DNA of 64,000 bases from an uncultured cyanobacterium (lineage in GTDB: Bacteria; Cyanobacteriota; Cyanobacteriia; PCC-9006; JAAUQQ01): contig OY970368.1 in assembly GCA_963718615.1 (NCBI GenBank), positions 3,040,001 to 3,104,000 on the forward strand, in the 5' to 3' direction. Below are positions 29,746 through 40,372 of this stretch, in pieces. Positions within the stretch are counted from its first letter, which is position 1. Each line of letters begins with the position of its first letter. The notes beneath the pieces are model-generated. The model saw nothing but the letters and a program-made list of their open reading frames with translations, searched no databases and had not been told where the DNA came from. The position numbers and the translations under genes were made by a program.

Positions 29746-30822
29746 ATGCCTGCCCTTTTGGAAACCACAGCCGTACTTGATGCGCTTCGTCCGGTGCAAG
29801 ATCCGGAGCTGCGTCGCAGTTTGGTCGAGCTTAATATGATTCGCAATGTGCAGGTCAATGGGGGGCAGGTACGGTTCACCCTGGTGCTGACGACGCCTGC
29901 TTGCCCCCTGCGGGAATTTATTGTCGAAGATTGTAAAAAAGCGGTTTTGGCGCTGCCCGGTGTGGAGCAGGTGGACGTGGAGGTGACGGCAGAAACCCCT
30001 GCGGCTCCCAGTCTGCCAGATCGCCAAGGGATTGGTGGCGTTAAAAATATTATTGCGATTTCCAGCGGCAAAGGCGGCGTTGGCAAAAGCACAGTGTCGG
30101 TCAATGTGGCGGTGGCCCTGGCGCAAATGGGGGCAAAGGTGGGTCTGCTAGATGCGGATATTTATGGTCCCAACACGCCGAACATGCTGGGCCTAGCCGA
30201 TGCGGCAGTAAATGTTCAACAGACCGAAGGGAGTGAAATTCTCGAACCAGCGTTTAATTACGGCGTTAAGCTGGTGTCCATGGCGTTTTTGATCGACCCG
30301 GACCAGCCGGTGATCTGGCGTGGCCCCATGCTCAATGGCATTATTCGCAAGTTTTTGTACCAGGTGAACTGGGGCGAGTTGGACTATCTGATTGTGGATA
30401 TGCCCCCCGGTACGGGCGATGCCCAGCTCACCCTCGCCCAGGCGGTTCCCATGGCCGGTGCGGTCATCGTCACAACTCCCCAGACCGTAGCGCTGTTGGA
30501 TGCTCGCCGGGGGTTGCGGATGTTCCAGCAGTTGGGTGTACCGATTTTGGGCATTGCCGAGAACATGAGCTATTTTGTTCCCCCCGATGCGCCGGACAAG
30601 TCCTACGACATTTTTGGCTCCAAGGGCGGCGAAACCACGGCAACGGAGCTGGAACTTCCGCTGCTGGGTTGTGTCCCTTTAGAAATCCCGGTGCGGGAAG
30701 GGGGCGATCGCGGCATCCCGATCGTCGTTGCAGATCCAGAATCCGCTTCGGCAAAGGCATTGACGGCGATCGCCCAGCAAATTGCCGCACGGGTTTCAGT
30801 TTTGGCCTTAGGAGGTTCCTAA
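29746..30822 (+). CDS. mrp: Mrp/NBP35 iron-sulfur cluster carrier ATPase
   Basis: N-terminal TTPACP domain, SGKGGVGKST, DADIYGP, DMPPGTGD. Confidence 0.93.
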   Translation: MPALLETTAVLDALRPVQDPELRRSLVELNMIRNVQVNGGQVRFTLVLTTPACPLREFIVEDCKKAVLALPGVEQVDVEVTAETPAAPSLPDRQGIGGVKNIIAISSGKGGVGKSTVSVNVAVALAQMGAKVGLLDADIYGPNTPNMLGLADAAVNVQQTEGSEILEPAFNYGVKLVSMAFLIDPDQPVIWRGPMLNGIIRKFLYQVNWGELDYLIVDMPPGTGDAQLTLAQAVPMAGAVIVTTPQTVALLDARRGLRMFQQLGVPILGIAENMSYFVPPDAPDKSYDIFGSKGGETTATELELPLLGCVPLEIPVREGGDRGIPIVVADPESASAKALTAIAQQIAARVSVLALGGS

Positions 30823-32109
30823 ATGCTAACCCGCTCCTTCAAACAGTTTCCCTTTAAGTCCTGGTTAAATCCTTGGGAGGACATGGATGGCTGGTTACTG
30901 GGAGCAACGGTGGGCCTGACCCTTTTGGGCGGATTGCTGATTCGTAGCACCCAACTCCATGTGAGGGTTGTGGGGGTTGAAGTCAGTTGGTTTCAGCATT
31001 GGATTACAGGGGGAATTGGGCTTTGTTTGCTTTTGGGCTTAGCTCGATTTCGCTACGAAAAGCTGCAACAGTGGCCTTGGATAATCTATATCATCACGAA
31101 TCTCTCGCTACTCGTCGTTAAGCTAGCAGGGACGAGTGCCTTAGGAGCCCAGAGTTGGTTGGCGGTCGGTGGTCTTTATATTCAACCGTCAGAGTTTGCC
31201 AAAATCGGCGTGATTATTGTTCTGGCAGCAGTCTTAGGGGCGGAGGAAGCTTCAACCATTCCCGCGCTCATTCGGGCGCTGATGATTTTGGCGGTGCCTT
31301 GGGGGCTGGTGTTTATTCAGCCGGATTTGGGAACTTCGCTGGTGTTTGGGGCGATCGCCCTAGGCATGCTCTACTGGGCCAACGCCAAACCGGGCTGGAT
31401 TATTTTGATGCTCTCACCGCTCCTGTCCGCGATTTTCTATGGCATGGGTACGAATGAAACCGCGTTTTTCTCCCTCTGGTTTGGCTGGCTGGTTTTTATT
31501 GGGATTATTGCCTGGAAAAGCCTACCCTGGCCGCGATTTGGTGCGTTTGGCGCGGTGGTGATGAACTCCATGGCCGGTAGCTTGGGTCAATGGGCCTGGT
31601 CCCATGTGCTTCGAGATCACCAGCGCGCGCGGTTGACCTCGTTTTTGGATCCCAATCGGGATCCCCTTGGGTCTGGTTATCACTTGATCCAGTCCAGTAT
31701 TGCCATCGGCTCTGGCCGGTTTTGGGGGCGGGGGCTCAATCAGGGCTCCCAAACACAGCTTGAATTTATCCCTGAGCAGCACACAGACTTTATTTTTTCG
31801 GCCATTGGAGAAGAATTAGGGTTCGTTGGGGGAATTCTAGTTCTGCTGATTTATTGGCTGATCTGTCTGCGGCTGCTGATTATTGCCCAGAACGCCAAGG
31901 ATAATTTTGGCTCGCTGATTGCCATCGGTGTTTTAGCCATGATTGTCTTTCAGGCCATGATTAACATTGGCATGACCATTGGGGTTTCGCCGGTTACGGG
32001 GATTCCGTTGCCCTTCTTGAGCTATGGGCGATCGGCCCTCCTCACCAATTTTATTGGGATTGGTTTAGCCGAATCCGTTGCCAATCAGCGTCAGCGATTC
32101 CGCTTTTAG
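30823..32109 (+). CDS. rodA: rod shape-determining SEDS protein RodA
   Basis: IQPSEFAK, QPDLGT, DPLGSGYHLIQS, PEQHTDFIF, TGIPLPFLSYG. Confidence 0.9.
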   Translation: MLTRSFKQFPFKSWLNPWEDMDGWLLGATVGLTLLGGLLIRSTQLHVRVVGVEVSWFQHWITGGIGLCLLLGLARFRYEKLQQWPWIIYIITNLSLLVVKLAGTSALGAQSWLAVGGLYIQPSEFAKIGVIIVLAAVLGAEEASTIPALIRALMILAVPWGLVFIQPDLGTSLVFGAIALGMLYWANAKPGWIILMLSPLLSAIFYGMGTNETAFFSLWFGWLVFIGIIAWKSLPWPRFGAFGAVVMNSMAGSLGQWAWSHVLRDHQRARLTSFLDPNRDPLGSGYHLIQSSIAIGSGRFWGRGLNQGSQTQLEFIPEQHTDFIFSAIGEELGFVGGILVLLIYWLICLRLLIIAQNAKDNFGSLIAIGVLAMIVFQAMINIGMTIGVSPVTGIPLPFLSYGRSALLTNFIGIGLAESVANQRQRFRF

Positions 32110-32211
32110 CGGTAATTTCCCCCTAATCGGGTTCGGCGATCGCCTAGAGGCCATGACGAGAACTCGCTATGGTAAGACAGTCAGTAAGTCGGTGGAAGAG
32201 GGGGTAAGGCG

Positions 32212-33789
32212 GTGTCCGATTGGTTACTGCCATCATTAAGTGCAATTTTTCAGCGCGCGGCCACGGTAACACCTGAGGGTAGGCCAGCGTCGGACGTTGT
32301 GCCGCAGACAACTGGGCCAGACACTCGTTGGGGTACGGAGGGCAGCGCCGGTCGCAAATCCCTGGTGCAACAGCAGTTGCGGGCAGAGCTACAGTGGCGG
32401 GGGGCGATCGCGGCCATCCAGGATTTACTCACCACCTCCATGAATCCAGAGGGACAGGATTCGACCCAGGGGGTGGTGCTCTGTGGGCCGTTTCCGGTGT
32501 TGAGTGATCCCATGCTCAATCAGCATCTGGCGACCTGGGTGTTTGTCTCGGATGCCTTGGGTGCTCCCTATGGGCTGTCGCTCCAGCTCAGTGCCGATGT
32601 CAATCAGGCGGATGCTCTGACTCCCGTGGCCATGACCTCGGTGCCGATCCTCAATCAGGATTCCCTCGCGTCAGAGCAGTTTTGCTTAGTGCTTACGCCG
32701 GACTATAGTTTGGTTCTGGTTTTGGGCCAGGATGGCCAGGGTCACCCCTGTTTTCAGTTTTCCTTTGATCCTAAAATTACCCAGATGTGCTGGCAGGCGC
32801 TCTTGCTGCGGGTGCGGCTGAGCAATGCCAGCTATGCGCTGCAGCTCAATCGCCTGTTTCAGTTATTTGCCCCCGGTGTGCCGGATTATTGTTGGGTTAG
32901 TCAATTTACGGCCCGTTCGATGGCCCATCTGGCCGATGCCCAATTGGAGCTGACTGTTGAACAAGCGGCGAGCTTGGGCGGTTCCAGTGCCCCATCTCCT
33001 CAGTCGCCTTTACCCACCTGTGCAGCGTCTGTGGCGGCGACGGCGGAAAGCTTGGCGGAAGGCTTGGATGGGGAAGGATTGGATGTGGAACTGCTGAAGG
33101 CGATCGCCCACGAAGTGCGCACACCCCTGGCCACGATTCGGACCTTAACCCGTCTACTTCTGCGTCGCAAGGATTTAGCCCCAGATGTGCTCAAACGGCT
33201 GGGAATTATTGACCAGGAATGTACCGAACAAATCGATCGCTTTGGGCTGATTTTTCAGGCGGCAGAGCTGGGGCAGAGTCCCAATTGGGGGCAGCAACGG
33301 CTGGCAGCGGTTCCCCTAGACCAAATGTTTCAAGAGGGGATGTCCCGTTGGCAAACCCAGGCTAGCCGTCGGGGGTTGACACTTAAGCTGGGTCTCTTAG
33401 AACAGATGCCGTTGGTGGTCAGCGATCCCCATATGTTGGACCAGGCCTTGACGGGGTTGATCGATCGTTTTACTCGACAATTGCCCAGTGGAAGTCAGTT
33501 AGATCTGAAGGTCTCTCTGGCCGGGAGTCAACTCAAACTGCAATTTAGTGCTCAAGATGGGGACGGCAATCCCATTCCGACCTCCCTGGCAGAAGCCAGC
33601 AACGGTCAGCCCCGACCCAAATCCTTAGGACATTTACTCTCGTTTCAACCGGCCACTGGCAGCCTGAGTTTGAACCTAGATGTTACCAAAAGTTTGTTTC
33701 AAGCCCTGGGGGGCAAGCTGCTGATTAAGGACCGTGCCCAGAAGGGAGAAATGGTGACGGTCTTTTTGCCGCTCAAAACGGAGCATTAG
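32212..33789 (+). CDS. sensor histidine kinase with degenerate ATPase domain
   Basis: H-box IAHEVRTPL; N/G1/G2 boxes not recognisable. Confidence 0.8.
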   Translation: MSDWLLPSLSAIFQRAATVTPEGRPASDVVPQTTGPDTRWGTEGSAGRKSLVQQQLRAELQWRGAIAAIQDLLTTSMNPEGQDSTQGVVLCGPFPVLSDPMLNQHLATWVFVSDALGAPYGLSLQLSADVNQADALTPVAMTSVPILNQDSLASEQFCLVLTPDYSLVLVLGQDGQGHPCFQFSFDPKITQMCWQALLLRVRLSNASYALQLNRLFQLFAPGVPDYCWVSQFTARSMAHLADAQLELTVEQAASLGGSSAPSPQSPLPTCAASVAATAESLAEGLDGEGLDVELLKAIAHEVRTPLATIRTLTRLLLRRKDLAPDVLKRLGIIDQECTEQIDRFGLIFQAAELGQSPNWGQQRLAAVPLDQMFQEGMSRWQTQASRRGLTLKLGLLEQMPLVVSDPHMLDQALTGLIDRFTRQLPSGSQLDLKVSLAGSQLKLQFSAQDGDGNPIPTSLAEASNGQPRPKSLGHLLSFQPATGSLSLNLDVTKSLFQALGGKLLIKDRAQKGEMVTVFLPLKTEH

Positions 33790-33791
33790 CC

Positions 33792-34499
33792 ATGGAGGTC
33801 TGGCTGTTTCGTCATGCGGAAACCTGGGCCAATCGCCAGGGTCGGATGCAAAGCCAGCAAAACCTCGTCCTCAGCCCCAGCCAGCCCACAGAACTGACCC
33901 CCCTTGGCCAACACCAAGCCCAAGCCCTCGGCCAGCATTTAGCTCGGGTCTGCGGGCCTCCGAGTCGGATTTATTGCAGCCCGCTGGTGCGTGCCCAGGC
34001 AACCCTAGCGGAGATTCAGGCCATTTGGCCCACTGCTTGGCCGGGGCCAGATGCTTGCCCGACCGAGTGGGAGCCCAGACTCATGGAAATTGAGCTCGGC
34101 ATTTTTTCCGGTTTGACCTGGCCCGAGGCCCAAAACCAGTTTCCCAATTTGTGCGATCGCCTCTTACAGCAATTGGATTGGCTCCCCATCCCCGGTGCCG
34201 AATCCCCCCAGGACTGCCGCGATCGCGCCACTGCATTTTGCCAAACGCAATTGCGCAATTGCACTGAATCCGATCGCGTATGGATCATCACCCATGCTGG
34301 AATCATGCCCCATCTGTTGGCGGTCCTACTGGGCTGCGATCGCACCTGGGGCATAGCCCTAGACCCCACAGCTTTGTTTGCCTTTTCACTCAATCGTGAT
34401 CGTCTCGATCGTCAAGATATCAATCGTTTCAATCCTTGTCTTTGGACCATCCGAGCCTTTAATGACCTGTCCCATTTGAGCCAGCTTAAAAGCGACTAG
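33792..34499 (+). CDS. histidine phosphatase (phosphoglycerate mutase) family protein
   Basis: LFRHAET, SPLVRAQAT, E.ELG, GAES, ITHAG. Confidence 0.88.
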   Translation: MEVWLFRHAETWANRQGRMQSQQNLVLSPSQPTELTPLGQHQAQALGQHLARVCGPPSRIYCSPLVRAQATLAEIQAIWPTAWPGPDACPTEWEPRLMEIELGIFSGLTWPEAQNQFPNLCDRLLQQLDWLPIPGAESPQDCRDRATAFCQTQLRNCTESDRVWIITHAGIMPHLLAVLLGCDRTWGIALDPTALFAFSLNRDRLDRQDINRFNPCLWTIRAFNDLSHLSQLKSD

Positions 34500-35213
34500 A
34501 TTTTTCGGAGTCGTGAGTTAAAAACATCACTTTTGAAAAAGAGATTGTGCAGATTTTTAGGTCAAGCGTTCAACTTTAGCTACCCACGAATGATACAGGA
34601 ACCTCGGAGTTTTACTGTTGTTCCCGAGGTCGACCCAAGGGGTCTGCGATCGCTCCATGGCCGGCCCCTTCGCCATAATTCTATTCCCCTCCCAAGGTTG
34701 ACAATTTTGTCTTTTTCGCAATCCTCAAACTCAGACCTGGCAAAATCTTTCGTTCATTTACCGAACGATTCAGATCGTACCCCCCAAAGAATTTAGAAAT
34801 TTAGAAATCCGTATGAGTTTCCGAGGATATGGGTTAGATTATTGAAAGTACATCGCGATGCAATTAACCCCTGGTCCAAGGAAATTGTTAACCTAAAACC
34901 CTTAAATTCTCAAATTTGTCATCAGTTTCCTCTTTATCGCTGACCAAGGGCATTTTGCTAAGTCTTTGATTTCAGCCTCACCTGGTGCGATAGGGACTCT
35001 TTTAGAGCACCCAGCGTTCATTTTAAAAGGGCGCTGGCCTTGCCACCCATGAGTGATGCAGTGTCAGAGTTGGCGATGGTCTACCTACATCGATTTATTC
35101 AGGGCGTCTCGACGGGAATGGTCATTGCACGGCTAGAGCGGCGGAAGCTGTCCAGGCAGCAGCAGCTTAAGGAGCAAGTTACAGAACCAGTGATTCTGCG
35201 GCGGGCGCAGACT

Positions 35214-35819
35214 ATGCCAGGGGTTTTGCCTGTCGTAGAGACCTTTCACTCCATCCAGGGGGAGGGTCGCTGGTCGGGTTACAGTGCCTTTTTCATTCGA
35301 TTAGCGGGCTGTAATGTCGGGTGTCCCTGGTGTGATACCAAAGAATCCTGGCCCCAGGACCGGCATCCCCAGCGTTCGATTGCAGACTTGGTGGCGGCGG
35401 CGCTCGCTGTGCGACCTCGTATGGTGGTGATTACAGGGGGGGAGCCGCTAATGCACGATCTCACTGAATTGACCCAGGCGATCGCCGACGCGGGACTGCG
35501 GGTCCACCTAGAGACATCGGGAGCCTATCTTTTGAGCGGCAGGTTTGACTGGATTACCCTTTCTCCCAAGCGCACCCTGCCCCCCGATCCCAGCCTCTAT
35601 GACCAAGCCGATGAGTTGAAAGTCATCATTGCGGATACCTCGGACTTGGCCTGGGCGGAGGAGCAGGCCAAGTGGGTTGCCCCTCAGGTCATCAAGCTAT
35701 TGCAGCCAGAATGGACCGTCTCCCAGGCGAAGAGTGCAGCACTCGTGTGCCAGTATGTACTTAATCATCCAGAGTGGCAGGTGAGCCTGCAAACTCATAA
35801 GTACCTAGGAATTCATTAA
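35214..35819 (+). CDS. queE: 7-carboxy-7-deazaguanine synthase (radical SAM)
   Basis: ETFHSIQGEG, CNVGCPWCDT, ITGGEP, LQTHK; in-frame upstream extension to ~35049 possible. Confidence 0.92.
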   Translation: MPGVLPVVETFHSIQGEGRWSGYSAFFIRLAGCNVGCPWCDTKESWPQDRHPQRSIADLVAAALAVRPRMVVITGGEPLMHDLTELTQAIADAGLRVHLETSGAYLLSGRFDWITLSPKRTLPPDPSLYDQADELKVIIADTSDLAWAEEQAKWVAPQVIKLLQPEWTVSQAKSAALVCQYVLNHPEWQVSLQTHKYLGIH

Positions 35820-36569
35820 GTGATGCCTGCTCCGAATGCTCCGGGCTCGGACTCCCCTGATCTTGCTGCCGTTGCTCTGCCCAAAGCGGTCGTCCTTTTA
35901 TCGGGTGGACTAGATTCTGCTACCGCTGCGGCTCAGGCTCAGGCAGAGGGGTACGAGGTCATTGCCCTTTCCTGTCGGTATGGACAGCGCCACGAACGGG
36001 AATTGCAATCGGCGCAGCAAGTGGCGATGTCTCTCGGGATTCATCAACATTTTGTGGTGGACGTCAATCTTTCCCTCTGGGGGGGGTCGGCGTTGACCGA
36101 TTTGTCTCAAGGCGTTCCCCTGTCGGGGGTTCAACCGGACGTTATCCCCGTGACCTATGTGCCGGGACGAAATACAGTTTTTATTGCCTTAGCGCTATCG
36201 TTAGCGGAGTCCGCAGGGGCTGAAGCGATTTATCTGGGGCTGAATGCGGTGGATTACTCGGGGTATCCCGATTGTCGCCCGGAGTTTTTAGAGGCTTATC
36301 AAACCCTCGCCACCTTGTCTTCGAAGGCAGGGCTGGAGGGTCGAGCACCGCGACTGGTCGCACCGCTAATTCAGCTGAGCAAAGTTGAGATTGTCCAACG
36401 GGCTTTGGCCTTGGGGGTTCCGATCGCCCTGACTTGGTCTTGCTATCAGGGAGAGCTGGAGCCCTGTGGACGCTGTGATTCTTGCCGGATTCGCGATCGC
36501 GCCCTAATTGAAGCCGGAAGACCCGACTTGGCAAGCCCGTTAGGCCAGAAACTCACTGCCGATGCCTGA
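35820..36569 (+). CDS. queC: 7-cyano-7-deazaguanine synthase
   Basis: [31 protein letters not shown]. Confidence 0.96.
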   Translation: MMPAPNAPGSDSPDLAAVALPKAVVLLSGGLDSATAAAQAQAEGYEVIALSCRYGQRHERELQSAQQVAMSLGIHQHFVVDVNLSLWGGSALTDLSQGVPLSGVQPDVIPVTYVPGRNTVFIALALSLAESAGAEAIYLGLNAVDYSGYPDCRPEFLEAYQTLATLSSKAGLEGRAPRLVAPLIQLSKVEIVQRALALGVPIALTWSCYQGELEPCGRCDSCRIRDRALIEAGRPDLASPLGQKLTADA

Positions 36570-36623
36570 ATCTCCCAAATCTGAAAATAAGAATTCAAGA
36601 ATCAAGAAGAGACTGATCAATTA

Positions 36624-36694
<71 letters not shown>

Positions 36695-36915
36695 ATCGCA
36701 GGACCACTTTAGCATAACTTACAGGTCCTATCTGGAGAAAATCTGAGGAAAAGTTCAGATTTTTCTGACTTGACCTTAAGCTGAGCTTCTTCCAACTTGA
36801 CACTCCCCTTAGCCAACGCCCTTAGCTAACCCCCTTGACAAATTGTCGGTTATTTCCGCCAAGAGGTGATATATTGCAGGCCAATTCTGTTTAGCGAAGT
36901 AGTAGAAGCTGACTC

Positions 36916-37920
36916 ATGCGTTCATCCGAAGTGGCTTGGCAGCATTGGTCTTTAGCTGTGGCAAAGGTCCGGGAATATCAACTGGAAATCAGCCTGTTCA
37001 GCGGCATGATTGCAAGCACCTGTTTGATTACCGGTGCAGCGATGACGGTGTTAGTCAATCCGAATGTAGGCCAACAGCTAACACCGGTCTCTTTATTGAA
37101 GCCTGGTTCTTTACCGGAAGGAGGTTTCTCTGCGGTGGGTAAGGCAATCCGAGGCTTCCGGGGGCCGTTAAAAATTGAAATTGTGCAGGGAGGAGGTGCG
37201 AATCTTGAACCTTCTGCCCATCCCTTGGCAACGATCGTTGCACCTGCTGAGTTTCAGCCCCAGCTTGCCGAAGCCATGACTGAACGCAATACCCAGTTGC
37301 TCACCTATGCTCTGGGTGCAGCAGGGGCCATGCTCGTCCTAGGACGATTGGCTCCCCATTTGCCCGTTTGGCCAAAACGCCGCCAGCCCTTAGGAGAGCG
37401 CTTGGCTTCGGTACCCGTCGAAGTGTTACCGGCCCATCCGTTGGCGGTCAAACTGGCAGTCAAACCAGAGCCTGTTAACGTTGCTCGGAACCGTATTCGC
37501 AGAATTGTGCCGATGAGCGCGCTCTATCCAGAGGCCCAAGGGGTGACAGCCTTGAGCTTGCTTCCCGATCGCTCGGCGCTCCGTCCTACAAACCGGCCCA
37601 CGGGTTGGGCTGCACCGACTAACGGGTTGGGCTTTGCTCCTGGGGGTGCAATGCTCCCTGCCCAGCAGCAAACCTCCCAGCCAGCGTCCCTGCAAACATC
37701 TCAGCCAGTTTCTCAGCCAGTTTCCCAGAACCGACCTCGTAACCTGGCGAAAAATTCAGCTCGGAAGCCCGCCCAAACTCACGTTCAAACGCCTGTCCCG
37801 AATCTTGCCCAGCCCCCATCGTTGACAGAAGCGGCGATCGCCCCCCCCTCAACAGGATTACCCGACTGGTTAGTGAGTTTGGATGTGCGTCAGCAACAAC
37901 CCTTGACCTCGCTGCTCTAG
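36916..37920 (+). CDS. hypothetical membrane protein with Pro/Gln-rich tail
   Basis: 334-codon ORF, two hydrophobic segments, ends LDVRQQQPLTSLL. Confidence 0.6.
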   Translation: MRSSEVAWQHWSLAVAKVREYQLEISLFSGMIASTCLITGAAMTVLVNPNVGQQLTPVSLLKPGSLPEGGFSAVGKAIRGFRGPLKIEIVQGGGANLEPSAHPLATIVAPAEFQPQLAEAMTERNTQLLTYALGAAGAMLVLGRLAPHLPVWPKRRQPLGERLASVPVEVLPAHPLAVKLAVKPEPVNVARNRIRRIVPMSALYPEAQGVTALSLLPDRSALRPTNRPTGWAAPTNGLGFAPGGAMLPAQQQTSQPASLQTSQPVSQPVSQNRPRNLAKNSARKPAQTHVQTPVPNLAQPPSLTEAAIAPPSTGLPDWLVSLDVRQQQPLTSLL

Positions 37921-37954
37921 CTGATCTAAAAAGTTCTGATCTAAAAATCAAGGA

Positions 37955-40372
37955 CTAACGGGCCGCTGCTGCGATCGCGGCCCAGTCCTGGATCAGATTC
38001 CGAGTCCAGATCCAATGGCGATCGAAATCTTTGCCCAGGGCGTTGGGATGGTATGCCGTGGCATTTTGTCGCATGACCCGCTCATAAAACGTCGTTGCGT
38101 CTTTCCACAGCTCGGCGGATTGGGCAGTTTGGGTCTCGGCTAACTTCCGAGAAGCCAAGGCCAATCCTGCTTCGGTTTGGAGGAGCAAAGACTGATCCTG
38201 GTCTTTAAGATTGGCGACCCGATTGTAGGTTGCTTTGAATCGTTGCTGAGCTTCTAAAACATTGCCCTCCGCATAAAGGGCAAAGCCCAAGGCATTGGCA
38301 TATTGAGTATTATTAGGTTCTTGCTCAGCGACCGTCGACCATTGCAGTTTGGCGTTGGTCAAATGTTCTTCAGCAGAGACCCCTTTGGCATCAAATGCAT
38401 TTTGGCTGGATAGCATTTGGCTATATTGCTGCCAACTCAGGCGGCCCCGTAGAAAGTTAATGGCGTTGTTGTCTTCCTTCGAGGTTTGATTGAGTTTTGT
38501 TTGACTCATGAGGGCAAACACCTCTTGGGCTTGCTCCAGGGCTCCTCGGTCTAGCAACTGGTCGATCTTGGTGATCGCCCCCACAAAATTGCCGCTATCA
38601 AACGCTGTAATCGCCTGGTTGGAGAGATCATCAACCGTGGCATTGCCCGCAACTACCGCCGGACCCTCCCGTCCTGGCGTGCCCGTTGGGGGTTGGCTCA
38701 CGCCCCACAGTCCTGCTCCCAGGAGTAAGAGTCCTGTCGCCCCGGCAATCAACCAGGCCACCCGTTTTTCCCGTTGGGGATTAAGGTTTTGAGGGTGAAC
38801 CAGGGTTTCTGGCGTTGGAGCAATGGCCGGTGGGGCCAAATCTCCAGAGGACGCGAGAGGAGAACTGAGAGCAGCGGTTTGACCCGACCGCAGCGCCAGA
38901 TCGCGACGTTGGGGGGTGAGTGCTGTGGCTTCAGATGTATTTGCGGCAGCCTGGGACGGCGAGGATGACTGCTCCGCTGCATTTTCCGCCTCTAGACGTT
39001 GCAGTTCGGCCTTAAAAGCAGCGTCATCCGGATTGAACAGAGGAGGAACAGGGTTGAGGAGACTGGGCTCGACGACGGTGCTGCCCCCCCGATAGGCCCC
39101 TTCGCCCACCGGCATTGACTCGTGACCCTCGACGAACAGTTCTGAACCTTCGCTCCATTGTTGATCGGGGCGGACCAGCCGTCCCTTAAATTCGCTATGG
39201 AGATAGAGAATCGGCAACGCCCAGTAGAGTTGATTCGAGCCATAGGCTGAGATCAAGCCTTGACGTGCGCGACAAAGGCTGAGATCTAGGGGCTGACCAA
39301 ATTTGAGATTGCGATAGAAGAGGCGACTGAGCGTTAAGGCCACCTGATCCGGAATCCGCTCGGCCATGGCCAAAACCCCAGGAATTCCCCGACGAATCAG
39401 GGCCTCCGCCAAGGTCCGTTCGCCCTGGAGGTCAAATTCATCGCTAGTGGCTGCTTGGGTGCCCAAACAGGAGTTGAGCACCGCCAACTGAATTTCGTTA
39501 TTGGCCAATAGTCCGGCTAAATCATCGCCGTTGAGGGTTTCGCTCAGACCCGTACTGGAATTCACCAGATGTAGCCGTCCCCCCGAGGGACCTGGACTGC
39601 TGTGGCCGGCAAAATGAAAGACTTGATAGGAATTTTGTTCGAGGGTTTGGGTGAGCTCTTCGCGGCCCGGATGTTCCAACAAGGTGAGCTGAATATCGGG
39701 CAGTGCTCCTTGGCTATCGCTGCTGCGGTGACTTTGCAACTCCTCTTTGAGCTGAAGGGCTTCCCGTCGTAATTCAAGGTTGGCTTGGTCCGTGGGGGCC
39801 GCTAGCACCATCAAAATGTGGAGCGAGGTGGGCAAATGCTGGTCTGCCTTGAGGCGATCGCGAACCGTCGAAGCGGTGGGCAGCGTTCCCAGGGTGCCTT
39901 GATAGCGGGAGAAAATAATATCGGTCGTCGCGGCAATGGGTCGGTTCCCCGCATGGAGGACTTCCCAGGGCAGGCGAGGGAGGCGATCGCCCTTCAGCCC
40001 CAACCGTAGCCGCAGCCGCTCCTGACGATTTTGGGCCACCCCCTGGGCCGTCACCCAACTATCCCGCACCGTCCCTTGGAACAGATGATTATAGAGATCC
40101 TGGCCCAGGGCAATCAGAGCCGGTTCCGTCGGCAGGACCGTTGCCGCCGAGAGCGGGTCCACCGGAATCATTTCATAGGGGTCGTAGGGACTGCTTTGAA
40201 AGAATTCCGAGAGGGGATCTGTAAAAACTTGACGCGCTTGGGCTAGCCACTCATCCACAGGCCAAGTGACTTGCTCTTCCGCCAAGGGAACGCCCTGCTC
40301 AACCCATTCCACGCGGACATAGAAATCGTCGCCGCGAATGGGGGTAACCGATAGATGAAACTCCTGGACCAT
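37955..40372 (-). CDS. hetF: HetF-like CHAT (caspase-family) protease with TM and TPR-like tail
   Basis: MVQEFHLSVTP..GVPLAEEQVTWPV N-terminus as in HetF; His/Cys dyad FHFAGHS / LNSC; TM around residue 540. Confidence 0.85.
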   Translation of the reverse strand: MVQEFHLSVTPIRGDDFYVRVEWVEQGVPLAEEQVTWPVDEWLAQARQVFTDPLSEFFQSSPYDPYEMIPVDPLSAATVLPTEPALIALGQDLYNHLFQGTVRDSWVTAQGVAQNRQERLRLRLGLKGDRLPRLPWEVLHAGNRPIAATTDIIFSRYQGTLGTLPTASTVRDRLKADQHLPTSLHILMVLAAPTDQANLELRREALQLKEELQSHRSSDSQGALPDIQLTLLEHPGREELTQTLEQNSYQVFHFAGHSSPGPSGGRLHLVNSSTGLSETLNGDDLAGLLANNEIQLAVLNSCLGTQAATSDEFDLQGERTLAEALIRRGIPGVLAMAERIPDQVALTLSRLFYRNLKFGQPLDLSLCRARQGLISAYGSNQLYWALPILYLHSEFKGRLVRPDQQWSEGSELFVEGHESMPVGEGAYRGGSTVVEPSLLNPVPPLFNPDDAAFKAELQRLEAENAAEQSSSPSQAAANTSEATALTPQRRDLALRSGQTAALSSPLASSGDLAPPAIAPTPETLVHPQNLNPQREKRVAWLIAGATGLLLLGAGLWGVSQPPTGTPGREGPAVVAGNATVDDLSNQAITAFDSGNFVGAITKIDQLLDRGALEQAQEVFALMSQTKLNQTSKEDNNAINFLRGRLSWQQYSQMLSSQNAFDAKGVSAEEHLTNAKLQWSTVAEQEPNNTQYANALGFALYAEGNVLEAQQRFKATYNRVANLKDQDQSLLLQTEAGLALASRKLAETQTAQSAELWKDATTFYERVMRQNATAYHPNALGKDFDRHWIWTRNLIQDWAAIAAAAR

